Source: Ctenodactylus gundi
Taxonomy: Eukaryota
Assembly (NCBI GenBank): GCA_048771875.1
Contig: CM109711.1
Span: forward strand, 4,303,768 to 4,367,767
Direction: 5' to 3'
Length of the DNA stretch: 64,000 nt
Below, one piece after another: positions 1 to 16,935 of the stretch. How positions within the stretch are numbered: the first letter of the stretch is position 1; every line of letters starts with the position of its first letter. A program made the translations under genes and the position numbers. Under the pieces are notes generated by a model. That model saw only the letters and a list, made by a program, of their open reading frames with translations. It did not search any database and was not told the DNA's origin.

Positions 1-939
<939 letters not shown>

Positions 940-1210
940 GGGGCTCTACCCTGCATTCCAAGATTTTTCTTCCTGTTGGGAGCTGCCTTGGGCCCATCCC
1001 TCCCCTGGGGGGAGCCCAGTCGATGGCCCTGGCCCCCATGCCTAGGGACCAAGGGAGCCTGAGCGGATTTGTTTACAGCTTCTTTCATGCTCCTGCATCC
1101 TGCCAGGCTCCTGTGCCAACCATAGGCTTCCCCTTTACCTGCACTGTTTCCCACCTCCCTGCACCTCTGCCTGCTAATATTCCCTCAGCCGTCTGACCAC
1201 CCAAACCCTG

Positions 1211-1250
1211 CACTTCTGGAAACCTCCCTGCACTTCTGGAAACCTCCCTG
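1211..1250 (+). repeat. perfect 20-bp tandem duplication (cacttctggaaacctccctg x2) in PRRT2 3'UTR
   Basis: Read directly from the sequence. Confidence 0.9.
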
Positions 1251-2126
1251 AACATCTCCCAGTCTCTCTGTGCTCTCAGCTGACCTGCATCTCTCCCGGC
1301 CTCCTTGCACTTGAGGCCTCCCGATTTCGATTTCTCTGAACCTCACTCCGCCTTGGTCTCCCGCTCCTAACTTCCACTGTCTTGGCGCCCACCCCTTTTC
1401 CTTTCCTTCTTCCCTTCTTTACCATCTGCATACCCCCAGCCTACATTCCCCGCTCCCTTCTCTTTTTCTGCCTCTTCATCTACCCTTAAGCATCCTCTTC
1501 TCCACCTTCCTGCCACCATTTATTCTGCAAAAACTCCAGCATTTATATCAAGCTGGAAGAGGGGGAGCGGTGTCGGGAGAGGGCTATCTAGCGCAGGGCT
1601 CCAGCTGTTCTCTGCCGGCACCTTCCAGGCACAACCCCCACCCCCGCGCGCGCCTTTTGGTCGCGGAGTCGGCAAGCCCAGCTTCTGGGCACCCGTGCAA
1701 GGGACTCCCGATGCTAAACCCAAAGGGGAGGAGAAAGGGGCGCGGCAGCTGAAGGTTCAGCCGGGGTTGACCCGCCCACTTGGGCTTTTAACCTCAGTTT
1801 CTAGCTTGGAGGTGCCAGAGGCTCGGGCCATTCATCTGCTTTGTAATGAAAGAATCCAAAAACTGGGACCAAAGCTTCCAGCTGCAGGGAGCCAGGGAGG
1901 GGCGGGAAGCTCTAATTCCTTAGAGGACTAGGGAGGTTTGTTGCACGCGACATCCCGTTGAAGAGGCAGAGAGCCAGCTACAACGTTGTTCAGAGTTGGC
2001 GGGTTTTTTGGTTTCTAAAAAAAAAAAAAAAGAGGTCGGGGGGGGGACTAAAATTCATTTCTAAAAGGATATATAAAACTGACTCTCCCTTTTTGTATGC
2101 TGGATGCTGCATGCGTCTGAAACACC

Positions 2127-2132
2127 AATAAA
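2127..2132 (+). terminator. AATAAA, candidate PRRT2 polyadenylation signal
   Basis: First canonical hexamer downstream of the PRRT2 stop, about 1.2 kb into the 3'UTR and about 650 bp before the PAGR1 ATG. Confidence 0.35.
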
Positions 2133-2149
2133 CGGAGACTGCATGAGAT

Positions 2150-2780
2150 TCGCTTCCGGTCTCGGTCCCTACGTTCGTTTGCTGGGCCGGGGCACTGCCT
2201 CCCGGCAGAGCCTACTTGGGTGAATACGCATGCGCCGTCTCAATGGCCATCTTTACTGTGGGCTGAAGCCTTGTGATGCCCGAGAGCCTACCCGCGCATG
2301 TGCACACCATCCCTTACTTTCCTCCTCCAAGTAGCTTTGAGTAGACCGAAGCCTCCCGCGCCATTGCTGTGCGCCTGCGTACTGTGACCCTGCGCAGCCC
2401 GGGAGGCGGGTCTTAATTCCAGGTGCGTACGGCGGCTGAGTCGACGCGGCTTTGAACTGCGAGGTTGGGTCCCAGAGCGGAGAGGGGAGATGTGAAGCCG
2501 CGCAGCGTGGGTCCGCCCCTTTTCCGCTCAGAAGTGGTTTCTGAAGGTCCTTGAGAACATCAGAGCTCCAGCTCTGGATCTTGGTCTGTGGGGCGGGGTC
2601 CTTCCCTACAGGGGACTGAGCGCCCCCTCCTGGGAACGAGCCGTTGGGCCGCAGATTCAGTCCAAGCCTGATTGGTTGGAGAGGATTTCCCGAAGCCCTG
2701 GGGATCCCAGTCCCTGGGGGTGAGGGACTTGGAACTCCGATAGCTATTATTATATTGCTGGGCCCCTTCGATAGTGGCCC
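2150..2780 (+). promoter_or_regulatory. CpG-island promoter region of PAGR1 (continues into exon 1)
   Basis: High CpG density, GC boxes and no TATA, immediately 5' of the PAGR1 ATG at 2781. Confidence 0.5.
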
Positions 2781-5897
<3,117 letters not shown>

Positions 5898-5990
5898 CTG
5901 TTGCTGCTCCTGCCATCAGCACATGAAGCTGTGCCTTCTGGGGCCTGGGCTCGCGTCCTAACCCACGACACTGGAACACTGGGGAAGGAG

Positions 5991-5996
5991 AATAAA
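5991..5996 (+). terminator. AATAAA, PAGR1 polyA signal candidate (second at 6105-6110)
   Basis: Hexamers lie 95 and 210 nt after the PAGR1 stop. Confidence 0.45.
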
Positions 5997-6559
5997 ACTT
6001 AAGCCCTCGACACAGCACTTTGCGGAAGGAGGGAGTGTGCATGTGTTTCCTGTTGAGCATCTATTTTGAGACTTGGACTGGTTTGAGATTTTTTCTGAGT
6101 TTAAAATAAAAGGTGCAGAGTTTTCTTCTCCCAATTTTCTTTCTTCCTTACTTACTTTTCTTTCTTGGTACTGAGGATTGAGCCCTGGGGCTTGCACACT
6201 GAGCTACATCCTCCTTAGGTCTCACTAGGCTGCCCAAACTGGGTTTGAATTTGTGATCCTCCTGCCTCAGCTTCCGAGAGTGCTGGGATTACAGGCCTGT
6301 GCCACTGGGCCTGACAAGTTTTCCCCTCTTAGTAGGGGTTGCAGCTAGAGCCTAAACAGTTAGCAGATGCAGAATTTACCCAGGTTGGAAAGTGAAAGCC
6401 ATTTGGGACACAGGCATATTCAGAGAATGCTGCCTTCCCCAACCCCAGCCCTGTGGTCCTCTGACCCAGCTAAGGGAGAAATTCCTAAGCACGGAATGAA
6501 TAAGCTTCAGATGACTCACAAGGCAGAAATTCCTGAGCTGACCTGCCAGCCGCCACTAT

Positions 6560-6833
6560 AGCCTGCCCAAAGGGGAAAAAGCTCGAACCGCTGGTGCCCT
6601 TTAAATACTCAAGCCCCGCCTATCTGCCCCGCCCACCCGGCCCAACCCCAAGCCCAGCGGCCCTTGGCTAGGAAGTGATCCCCAGAGCCGGGTGAGGAAG
6701 TTTCCTGAGGAGCTCTGCGGCTACTAACCTACATGTGAGTACGTCACACTGGTGCTCAGATCCGTGGTGGTCTCTGGGCCCCAAAGCTCTCTTTAGCCTT
6801 GTCCTGCTTTCTAGGACTTTACTTACGGGGCAG
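6560..6833 (+). promoter_or_regulatory. MVP: candidate MVP TATA-less/GC-box promoter and non-coding exon 1 (overlapping the PAGR1 3' flank)
   Basis: There is a TTTAAATA motif and Sp1-like GC boxes (ccccgcc x2) at 6600-6635. Consensus splice donors occur at 6735 (GTGAGT) and 6834 (CAG|GTAAGA). The MVP ATG exon at 23802 opens with a strong acceptor, so a 5' exon must exist. In human the MVP TSS lies inside the PAGR1 3' region. Confidence 0.3.
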
Positions 6834-7424
6834 GTAAGACCTCTTTGAAGCAGAAAGGGAAAAGGGGAGGGCAGAGGCCTCGTTTTGGAAGGTTTTGCTC
6901 ATCTTGATTATCCTAGAATTTGAACTTGAAGGCCCGGTTTAGGTGGTACTGGAGAATTGAACCCCCAGCCTTCGCTTGCTGCTCTAACCACTGTGCTATT
7001 TCTCCAAACCTATGTCTCCTTTATGTACTGGGGCTCCCAGGGCCTTCAAACTGAGTCACATCTCCAGCCCTTTTTATTTTTTGTCTTGAGAGGAATTCTC
7101 ATTAAGTTACCCAGGCTGGGCTCAACCTTGCAATTCTCCTGTCTCAGCCTCCCCTAGCGTTGTGATTACAGGCATATGCCAGTGTCCAGTTCACATCTCT
7201 TAAGAAAAAAGACGGGGCTGGGGGTATAGGTCAGTGTTAGAGTGCTTGCTAGCCTGTGAGAGGTTCTACTAAAAAATTAGGCTGGGCGTGGTAACGCACA
7301 CCTGTAATCGTAGCACTCTGGGAGATTGAGGCAGGAGAATTGCAAAATCGGGCCCACGCTGGGTAACTTAACAATTTAGTGAGACCCTGCCTCTAAATAA
7401 GAAATTAAAAAGGACTGGGGTGGG

Positions 7425-7622
7425 TGGGGGGTGGGGCGCTAGAGGAACCACTCAGCGGTTAAAGCGCTTGCCTGGTTCCGGAGTTCGATTCCCCAGCACC
7501 ACATAAGCCGGGCGCGGTGGCGCATGCCTGTAATCCCAGCACTTGGGAGATTGAGGCAGGAGGATTGCCAGGAATCCAACACCAGCCTGGGCTACAGAGG
7601 GAGTCCCTGTCTCAAAAAAAGA
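7425..7622 (+). mobile_element. composite ID-like + B1-like SINE
   Basis: Contains cagcggttaaagcgcttgcc...gttcgattccccagcaccacataagccgggcgcggtggcgcatgcctgtaatcccagcac... Confidence 0.75.
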
Positions 7623-8961
7623 AAGGACTGGGGTATATAGCTGGATATAGCTCACTGTAAAGATGGTGGCTTCAATCTCCAGTACTGGGGGTGAAAAGGT
7701 TTTTTTGAAGAATAGGTAACCTTATAGATTGCCATTTTAGAACTACATGGGCTTTGATTGTGCAGCGTGCACTCACCCTCTTAAGACCTGGCCTCCAGCC
7801 TGTTCCCTTGAGCGCCCACTATTCCAGGTGTTGAGGGCATACAGGGCTCTGCCAGCTGCAGGCCTTGGCTAGCTGTGAGAAGCTGGTAGCAGAGCGATCT
7901 TGAAGAAGGCCTGAATTGTCAAAAGTGCCGAGTTTAATGCGCAAGTCTCTCTTCTTTTTGCGGGAGGAGAAATGAACCCAAGGAAGCTTCGCTGGACGCA
8001 GCAGCCTGTGATCTGGGGATCCTAGAGCTGTCACTCCACATCAGAGCACTTGACATGGGTGGGGGCAGTTTGGGGCTGCTGTTGCCTGTGCACTCTGCCC
8101 CCTGCTTGGGTAGGCCTGGCTCTGCGGGTCACGTCTGGCTCTCCCAGGAAACCATTTCTGCCTTTGGTGTATAGCACACCCTGCCTGGCCGGAGTGGGGC
8201 CGTTTGGGCAGAATAGCTTCAGGCGCCAACGAGCCGCGCCCCGAGTGGATGGCCCTGGGCAGCCTGCGTGCTCAGGCCACCTTATTGGGTGATGCCCTCC
8301 GACATTCTTGAGAAACAGAGGCTGGGCGCTGGCATAGACTGCAGAAAAGATTCACCTTTGTACTGTGGTGGACTGTTTCCTGGGCAACACCCAGCCCCAC
8401 CCAGGCCCTTAAGTCCTTGTTTTAGTGTCAGAATCAAGCTGACACTTCTGCCTGAGAAGCCGTACCAACTCTGGTTAAGAAACAGAGTGGAATTCTGGCT
8501 AAGGCTTGGAGACATGAGAACTGCGTGATCTTAACTTCTGGGTTCTTAGGAAGATAAAATGAGTTAACTAAAGGTGCTTAGCACAACGCCTGTAGATGGA
8601 TATTAAGTTGACAGTAAGTGGGAGCTGTTGTGTAAAGGCACTTTGTCCTTAATGACCAGCGTATCTGGCGAGGAGGAAATGAAAACACAGACACAATTGG
8701 ATGACACCAAGGGGAATCCACTGAAACCATCAAGGAGGGTTCAAGGGCCTGTCACGCAGCCTCGGGTTACTGGCAGTTGGGAAAACCACAGGGAAAGGCT
8801 ACACGCAGGAACAGAACTGCAAGGAACGGGGAAGGCTTTGCTCGCTGTGTTTTTAGTTGTGTTATCATTCCAGGAGTTACTGATTCAATCGGATAGGAAC
8901 AAATAGGAAATTCGGCACTGGGTAGAGCCATTTCTAGTTTCAGAAATTGACCCACCACACT

Positions 8962-9165
8962 GGAGGAGGAAAGCCGGAGGCACAGCTCAGTAGTTAAAGT
9001 GCTTGCCTAACAATCACAAGCCCTGGGTTCGATTCTGCAGCACCACATAAACCAGGCCATAGTGGCACACGCCTGTGATCCCAGCACTTGGAAGGCTGAG
9101 GCAGGAGGATTGCTGTGTGTTCAAGGCCAGCCTGGGCTCCACAGTGAGTTCGGGACCAGCCTGTT
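8962..9165 (+). mobile_element. composite ID-like + B1-like SINE
   Basis: Same architecture as the element at 7425. Confidence 0.75.
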
Positions 9166-9861
9166 AAGCTCTGGATTGATATCCACATACTTAGGTAAAA
9201 GTTCCAGGGTCTCTCTTGGAGACCTTGACTCAGTGGGTTCAGAGTGAGGCCTGAGAAGCAACATGAATGGGAGTGAACCTTCCAGCCAAAAACAGAGGCT
9301 GAGGCAGGAGGATCCCTTGAAACCAGGAGTTCAAGGACAGGCTGAGTAACAGGTTGTTCTTCATCTTCTTGAGAAGAAGGTCTTGCCTTATAGTCCAGGC
9401 TGGTCCTGAGCTCACTGTGGTACCCAGGCTGGCCTTGGACTCATGGCAATCCTTCTGCCTCAGCCTCCCAAGTGCTAGGATTACAGGCATGCGCCACCAT
9501 GACTGGCTAATTTTTATGTGGTGCTGGGGGATCGAACCCAGGCCCTTGTACAGGCTAGGTAAGTACTTAACCACTGAACTACACACCCAGGCCCACGAGA
9601 CCTCTTCTCTAAGGGCTGGGGACAGGGACGAATCCCTGGCAACTATGGTTGGGTGCGGTAAGGAGCTGGATCCTGGGTCCCTTCTAGACTGTAGTCCTCA
9701 TCCTCAGTTATTGGCATCATTAGCAGCCATAGGGAGGTAGGAGGATCCTGGACTAGCAAAGCTGCTCTCATTCCCCTCCCCCAGGGTAGGTAGGCCACAC
9801 AGCTGCCACAAAGTCACCAGGTGAGCTGGAGCTCAGGTGAGAACTTCATAAGGAAAGAAGT

Positions 9862-10050
9862 TGGGGCTGGAGGAATAACACAGCACTTAAAACACTTGCT
9901 TAGCAAGCACAAGGCCCTGAGTTTGATTCCCCAGTACCACATAAACTGGGTGTGCATATAACCCTAGCACTCAGGAGGCTGAGGCAGAAGAATTTCTGTG
10001 AGTTCAGGACCAGTCTGGACTACAGAGCAATATCCTGTCTCAAAAAAAAG
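9862..10050 (+). mobile_element. composite ID-like + B1-like SINE
   Basis: Same architecture as the element at 7425. Confidence 0.7.
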
Positions 10051-10527
10051 TCTTAAATACAGAAGTGATTTCAGATGTGTTAGTCTCAATTCTGAGATTC
10101 TCATTAATAGTTCCAAGAGCAGGAACTAGTTGTGATAAACCAGGAAGGTGTCAGGGAAACAGACCCTCCGCAGTTCCCGAGTCACGTGACTCGTTCTCAC
10201 AACAGGTTAGAATGCGTAGTTTAAATGGGTGAAGAAAAATTCTGTTGAAGAGAGTGCCCTGTTTGCTGTGGCCGTTCCTTTCCTTTCTCAGGTGCTAGGG
10301 ATTGAATCCAGAGCCTTGGCTAAGCTAGCGTTTTCCCATTAAGCTACACTAACGGGGGAGACCTGTTTATATCGGACTTTACATACGTTTCCCTAAACGT
10401 GAGGTTGGTGGACATCTAGTGGTAGGGCTGGTTACCAACCTCCTGACCTCAGGCAGCCTGGACCAAGAGCCCAAGGTAGGAACTGAAGAGGCTGCTTGGA
10501 GCTGGGGCAGGGTAAATGCTAGCAAGG

Positions 10528-10746
10528 TAGGGGGGCTAGCTTAGTGGTTAGAGCGCATGCCTCACATGCACAAGGCCCTGGGTTCTGTTCCCCAGCACTA
10601 CATAAAAATTAGCCAGGTTTGGTTGTATATGCCTATAATTCCAGCACGCAGCAAACTGAGGCAGGAGCATTGGCAGGAATTTGAGGCCAGCCTGGGTCAC
10701 ACAGTGAGTTCAGGACCAGTCTGACTACAGAATATGACCCTGTCCC
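10528..10746 (+). mobile_element. composite ID-like + B1-like SINE
   Basis: Same architecture as the element at 7425. Confidence 0.7.
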
Positions 10747-11558
10747 TCCCCCTCCCCCAAGAGAATGAATACATGAGCTTCCCTGCCCTTGAGGAACAGT
10801 CTGAGATTGGAGCTCTCCTTTCGCCTCCCTCCCAGCTACATTTGGTGAGCCCCCTGTGCCTTAGGCACGCCTTCCCTAATCCATACCTACAGCCTGAAAA
10901 AGTAGCCAACTTTTTTTTGAGAGAGAGAGAGTATCTCACTCTGTAGATCAGGTTGGTTTTGAACTCCCTATGTAGCCCAGACCGGCCTCAAACTCATGAC
11001 AGTCCTCCTGCCTCAGCCTCCTACGTGCTGGGAATAGAGGCAAGTACCACCACACCCACGGAGCAGAGCAAGGCTCAGTGGCTAGTAAGTGGCCTAGAAT
11101 CCTGCTGGCGGTGACCGAACCCGGCAGATAGACACTTTCTCCATTGGTTCTCAGTCTTGGTTATATATTAGTGTCAGCACGAGGAGCTTTCATCATTCAT
11201 TAATTCATTTGTTTGTTGTAATAGGACTTGAACCCAGGGCCTTCTCACTGAACCATGTCCCAAGCCACTTTTTTGTTTTGAGACAGGATCTCCTTATTAA
11301 GTTTCTATGAGGCTGGGCTGTAACTTATGATCCTTGCAGAGTATCACACTCTGCAAGAGCTTTTACAAGTAGCAGTGAGAAACCAGGCCTGGTGGCACAG
11401 GGTAATCCCAGCACTCTGGGAGGCTGAGACAGGAAGATCACAAGTCCAAGTCCCCCCAGCCTGGGGCAACTTACCCTGAGAACTGGTCTGAAAATTAAAA
11501 ATAAAAGTGGGCTGGGGACATAACTCAGTTTGAATGCCGTGGGCTCAATCACCAATAA

Positions 11559-11617
11559 CACACACACACACACACACACGCACGCATGCACCCACCCACC
11601 CACCAACCCACCACACT
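11559..11617. repeat. (CA)n followed by (CCCA)n microsatellite
   Basis: Read directly from the sequence. Confidence 0.9.
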
Positions 11618-14600
11618 GAATTACTGTGAGAATCCCCAGAGATGGTACCTTTAAGAGACTTCCAGGTGCCCCTGGGAGGTTGACTCAACACTGGAGGATT
11701 GCAAGTTCAAGTCCAGGCTGAGCGACTTAGCAAGGCACTGTCTCAACTTGTAGAAAGGGGCCAGGGATGTAGCTCAGTGTGAAGACCCTAGGTTCAATGC
11801 CTCAGTACCACAAGAGAGAGGAAAACCCGGGGAGCGAGATTTCCAGTTGCGTCTCACGTGTAGCCTGAGTTGGGAGTGGCTGCTGTGGGCCAGCTCTTGT
11901 CTTACTTCACCATGTGCCCAAATCCTTGGAGAATTAGACAGAAAGGGTGAATAATGCCGCAGCTGGAGACAGGGCCTGAGACCTAGTCGCTGCAAGCTTC
12001 CGGTGGGTGTCCCTGCCCCCTGCAGACCACATTCTAGTGTGGTCACTATGGTGTTAGGTATCTCAGATTCACTGTGCCAGCCCCTCACATGTGATCATAC
12101 AGATCTCTGACATGTGATTTGTGACTCATCTATTTCTTAAACTGGGCTGGAGCCAAGTTTTACTTTTAAGAGACTGGAATCAAAAGCCCTTCTTTTGTTT
12201 TTGTGGTGGTGGGCGTATTAAATATTTATGTGTTGCGGGGACAGAATACCTGACACCCATAATTAGAGGGAGGAAAGATTCATTTGGCTCACAGTTTCAG
12301 GTCAATTTTACAGTCCATCTGTGGGCAGCTGGCAGTGATGGAAGCACATGGCAGAGGCTGGGGAGCTGCTCACCCCGCTGCGGACAGAAAGCCAAGGAAG
12401 GCAGGCGCTGAGGGAAGGGAGGAGCAAGCTTTTGTCTGCAGACTCAGGCAAGGCCCAGGAAGAAGCTGGAACGATGTTTCTTATTTCTTCCTTTTCTTAG
12501 TTCTAGCTGCCCAAAGGCCTGCCACACCCAGTATGGTGCCCCCTCCCTTACTTCCTGGCCCACAAATCAGGAACAAACACTGAACGCTCTGCTCTGGGCA
12601 CTCCTCCATCTCAACAAGTTGACACAGTTCCTCCAGATCAAGCCCCCCAGTGTCTGCCTCTTTGAACCAGGCCCTACCTCCCAAGAGCAAAGTTTCACAG
12701 TTATCCCACTGCACCCAAATACAAGAGGCTTTTGGGGGACACTCCAGATCCGAATCATAGCAGTGGCAATAGAACCCAGGGCCTTGAGAATGCCAGGCAA
12801 GTGCTCCAGCACTGAGCTACACCCTAAAACCTTGAACTTGAGAGTGAACCCAGTTTATATGACTTAACCTACTTGAGAGAGAAGTAGCTCCCTATTTGCT
12901 AAGTGGATGTTTTCAGATGTTCTTCATTTGTTTTGAATCCATTTTTATTTACTATAATTTATCATTATTATTTTGGGTCCCATTTTTATTTTTGATTTGA
13001 GACTGAGTCTCACTAAGTTGCCCAGGCTAGGCTCAAACTTGAAATCCTGCCTTAGACACTTTTTTTTTCCCTCTGTGGTACAGACTGGTCCCGGAAACAC
13101 GACGTAGCCCAGGCTGGCCTTGAACTCAAAGCAATCCTCACACTTTAGCCTCCTGAGTGCTGGGGTTACAGATATGCACCACTACACCTGGCTTACGTGG
13201 TGCTAGGGGGATTGAACTCAGGGCCTCCCTTAGACATCTTTAGCCTTTTCAGATCTAGTTGGAAAAGCTTCTATCAATCTGTAAAGGTATTAAAAAAAAA
13301 TCCTAGTTGATATTTAACTCCTGGCAAGGAGGTGATTGTATAAAATCAGCTTGCCCATCCTCACCTGGGTACTGCCATGTCTCCTAGCTGGAGCCACCAG
13401 GGGCGTAGGCTTTGCTTCTTGGAGGTTAAGTGACATGAAGTGCAGGCTGCGAGACCTGGTTAGTGACCTAGTAAAGCCCTTTGCCAGTGAAGTTATGTTT
13501 GCACACCTGGTATAGTTGGTCTTGGCTTGAATGACAAGAGTTGTATTTCGTTAATGGCTTCTCATGCACTGACTACAGAGATGGGATTTCCTGATTTGAG
13601 TCATCCATCTGGCTTGTGGGTGTAGCCCAAGTGACTTCCTCTGGAGCACAGGTAGGAGACAGAAGATGGGGTTCTAGTCCCTTAGAGGCAGTAGCCTTCT
13701 ACCAGGGCCCCATGTGCGGGCCTGTAATCCTGGTACTCTGGGAGGCAGAGGTAGAGGGGCTGCAAGTTTGACTCAGCCTGGGCAAATTAATACTTGGCAA
13801 GACCCTGTCTTGAAATAAAAAATAAAAATGGGTTGGAGGTATAGCTCAGAGTAAAGGCTCTAGGTTTGACCCACAATACTACAAAAACAAAACACAAAAA
13901 CATAAGCTAAGGACTGAGAATGTAGCTCTGCACTGAGGTCCTGGGCTCAAAGCCCAGCAGCATGGAGGCAACAGCCTCCAGAGACTCAGCTAAGGTTTTA
14001 GTGGCTTCATCAGCTCTTTGGTTTCCTAAGCTTCCTCATGGGTTCCTGACCGACAGCACTCTGCAATGAAATATGCCTATCTTAGCTAAGTGGACAGCTT
14101 CTAAGAAAGCTAATACTTGAGGCCTATATTTTATATGGTATTTTAAATGTAGCAACATGAGCCTGTTGGGTTAGAAAGGTTTCTTTCTTTCTCTCTTTCT
14201 TTCTAGAAATGTAACTTAGGGCTTTTTTCAGTGTGCTACCTTCCTTGGCCATTTTTTCGTTTTATTCTGAGACAGAATCTCACTAAACTTCTAAATTGCC
14301 CTGGCTGGGCTTGAACTTGCACTCCTCCTGCCTCAGGCTCCCAACATGCTGGGATTACAGGCCTGCTCCATCAGGCCCAGTTTAAGAAGCGTGTTTGGGA
14401 TCAGTGTGTATTGTGCTTCATTTGCTCTTACTTAGATCCAAGGTTTAAATCAAAGTCATTAATTTAGCCAATGATGCTGATTCCTTGGAGGCGGGGGTGG
14501 GGAGGGTCCTCAATAATATCTGAAAGAAATAATCACATAGCTAGCTCGTCTTTTGCCATTTTTTTATGCAGCATCTGCTGTAAATTAGCCAGATTACATC

Positions 14601-16744
14601 TGAGTTACCACAAGGCCAATCTGCTGGGTCTGATTGGCTGGCTAGGGAAAGTCATTAACAATGTCCAGATGATCATGGGCATGCCCAGATGATTTCCCTC
14701 CTGGTCACATGAATTGAGCTCCGTTGTAGGAAACAAAGTAGCAAGATTGAGTGTGGAACATCTGCAGAGAGACAGTGCTGGTCATAGGCCTCTGCCAGCA
14801 GGCCCAGCAAAGTTTGTGGGACATTCCCTGTTACCCTGGGCTTCTTCGTCTTTTTTAATGACACGGTGTCCCTTGGCAGCCGACTAGGTAGCCCAGGCTG
14901 GCCTTGGACTCAGAGCAATCCTGCTGTTTCAGGCTCGGGGTGCTGGGATTGCAAGCCTGTACCACCACGCCCAGCTACAGGAGCTATGCTGCTGATGGTG
15001 ACACCTGGTAGCTGCCTAGAGGCTCAGGCATCTGCATTTCAGAGGTGACAGCTGAGGCTCTGGACCACAGGGTCTTTTGATCTGTGGGACAATGAACCTC
15101 TTAATGGACTGTTTTGCCCCATTTAGGGCCAGGCGACTTCAGAGGATGCCCACATTCGGGCGCTGCCTCTTCCAGTGGTCTGACTGCTGGCAGATATGAC
15201 ATTTACCAGCTAGCTTGGGGAAAGAGCCAGCAGGTGACATTTGGTCATCTCGTAATGCAGCGAGAAGCGCCACATGCTTTTTGTCTTAGCTTCCGTTTCT
15301 CCCCTTTGTTCTTCCTCTATATTCCAGGGGAAAAATAATTAAAAAAAAAAAAAAACAGAATTAGCAGCATTTGGTAGGTCACCAATGGGAGTTTCAGCTC
15401 CCAAAGATATCCTCTGTGCTATTATGCTGATATCTGGTACTGACTGAGTAAGAGGAAGACTTGGCCCTCCTCATAGAAACGAGGACTTGTCATAGTGTGT
15501 TTTGCACAGTTGTTTGTTTTTTTTTTTTTTTTTTTTTTTGAGACAGGGTCTCAGTCTGTAGCCTAGGCTGGCCTTGGACTCATAGCAATCCTCCTGCCTC
15601 AGCTTCCTGAGTGCTGGGATTACAAGTGTGTGCCACCACGCCCAGCTTATGTGGTGCTGGGGAATCGAACTCAGGTACTTAGCACTTGACATAACACTTG
15701 TTAGGCAAGTGCTTTAGCCACTGAGCCATTCCTCCAGCCCCTTGCACAGCCTTAATGTATCTGGGAAATGCTGACACATTTTCATTTGGGCCCTAATCAG
15801 TGGTTATCAGATTAATCAGTTTGACTTTACTGGCCTTTAACTCTTCTAGAGTGCAAATTATAAATTGTCTATAGGAACTCAGTCTCAGTGGTGCAGGCTT
15901 ATAACCCCAGCACTCTAGGAGGGTGCTGAGGCAGAAGGATCCCAAGTTCAAGACCAGGCTGGACAACTGAGCAACTTAGCATGACCCTTCTCAAAAAAAA
16001 AAAAAAAAAAAGCATAATAGATTCCACAACGTGATAAAATTAGCAGAGCTGAGAGTGTGCCATCTCCTGACTAGAAGAGGTCCCACTCCCAAAAGCGACA
16101 GAAGAGACAACAGAAAGAAAAGCCTAGGAATAGAAGCTGGCACAGAGTGGCGAGTAAGCCGAGGGGGAAACAGGCTCACAAACACAACACCCTGAAATAT
16201 CACAGTGCCTATAATAAGGACCCTGTTCCCACGGTAGAGAGTCACACACATTTCGGAACAGTTTAAGCTCATGCACTTGCAGCATAGCAAAAATGAGAGG
16301 AAAAGGAAGCCTTATGGTCTTACTCCCAGTGACACTAGGCAGGGGGGAAGTCCTGCCTTCCGGCGGTGTATGTCAGCCATATCAGAGGTGGTCACCTGGA
16401 GGCCAGGTCTCAACCCTGCAAGGAACCAGCAACCTCAATTGTATCTTTGATTTTTTAAAAAAAATTTCTGTACTAGGGATCGAACCTAGTACCTTTGTAC
16501 TAAGCTGTGTTCCCAGCCCATTTTTAAAATTTTTTATTTGAGATAGGGTCTCGCTAAGCTGTTAAATTTGCCTGGGTTGGGCTTGAACTTGCTATTCTCC
16601 TGCCGCAGCCTCCTAGAATGCTGACATTGCAGGCCTGCCTCAGTTGCATCTTCAATGAAGGAATTCAGGTAAGACACAGAGTTTGCAATGTTGGTAGAGT
16701 TGTTTGCAAAATCACTGATTTTTCAGAGCAAGAGAGAATTCAAG

Positions 16745-16935
16745 GCTGGGGCATGGCTCATTCGTTAGAGCCTTTGCTTAGCAAGCACCAGACCCTAGGT
16801 CCAGCACTGCAGCACCACATAAGCTGGGCTTGGTGGCGCACTCCTGTAATCCCAGCCCTGGAGAGGCTGAGGCAGGAAGATTGCTGTGTGTTCAACCAAT
16901 CGTGGGCTACAGAGCGAGACACTGTCTCAAAAGAA
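16745..16935 (+). mobile_element. composite ID-like + B1-like SINE
   Basis: Same architecture as the element at 7425. Confidence 0.7.

Noticed and set aside
7205-7260. tRNA-like segments (also about 11508-11560, 13830-13900, 18225-18290, 30765-30820, 41570-41620, 56875-56960, 59045-59110, 62880-62960)
   Set aside because: They carry tRNA-type A/B-box motifs, but each is followed by an A-rich tail or a fused B1-like unit and they lack intact cloverleaf arms. They are heads of tRNA-derived (ID-like) SINEs, not tRNA genes.
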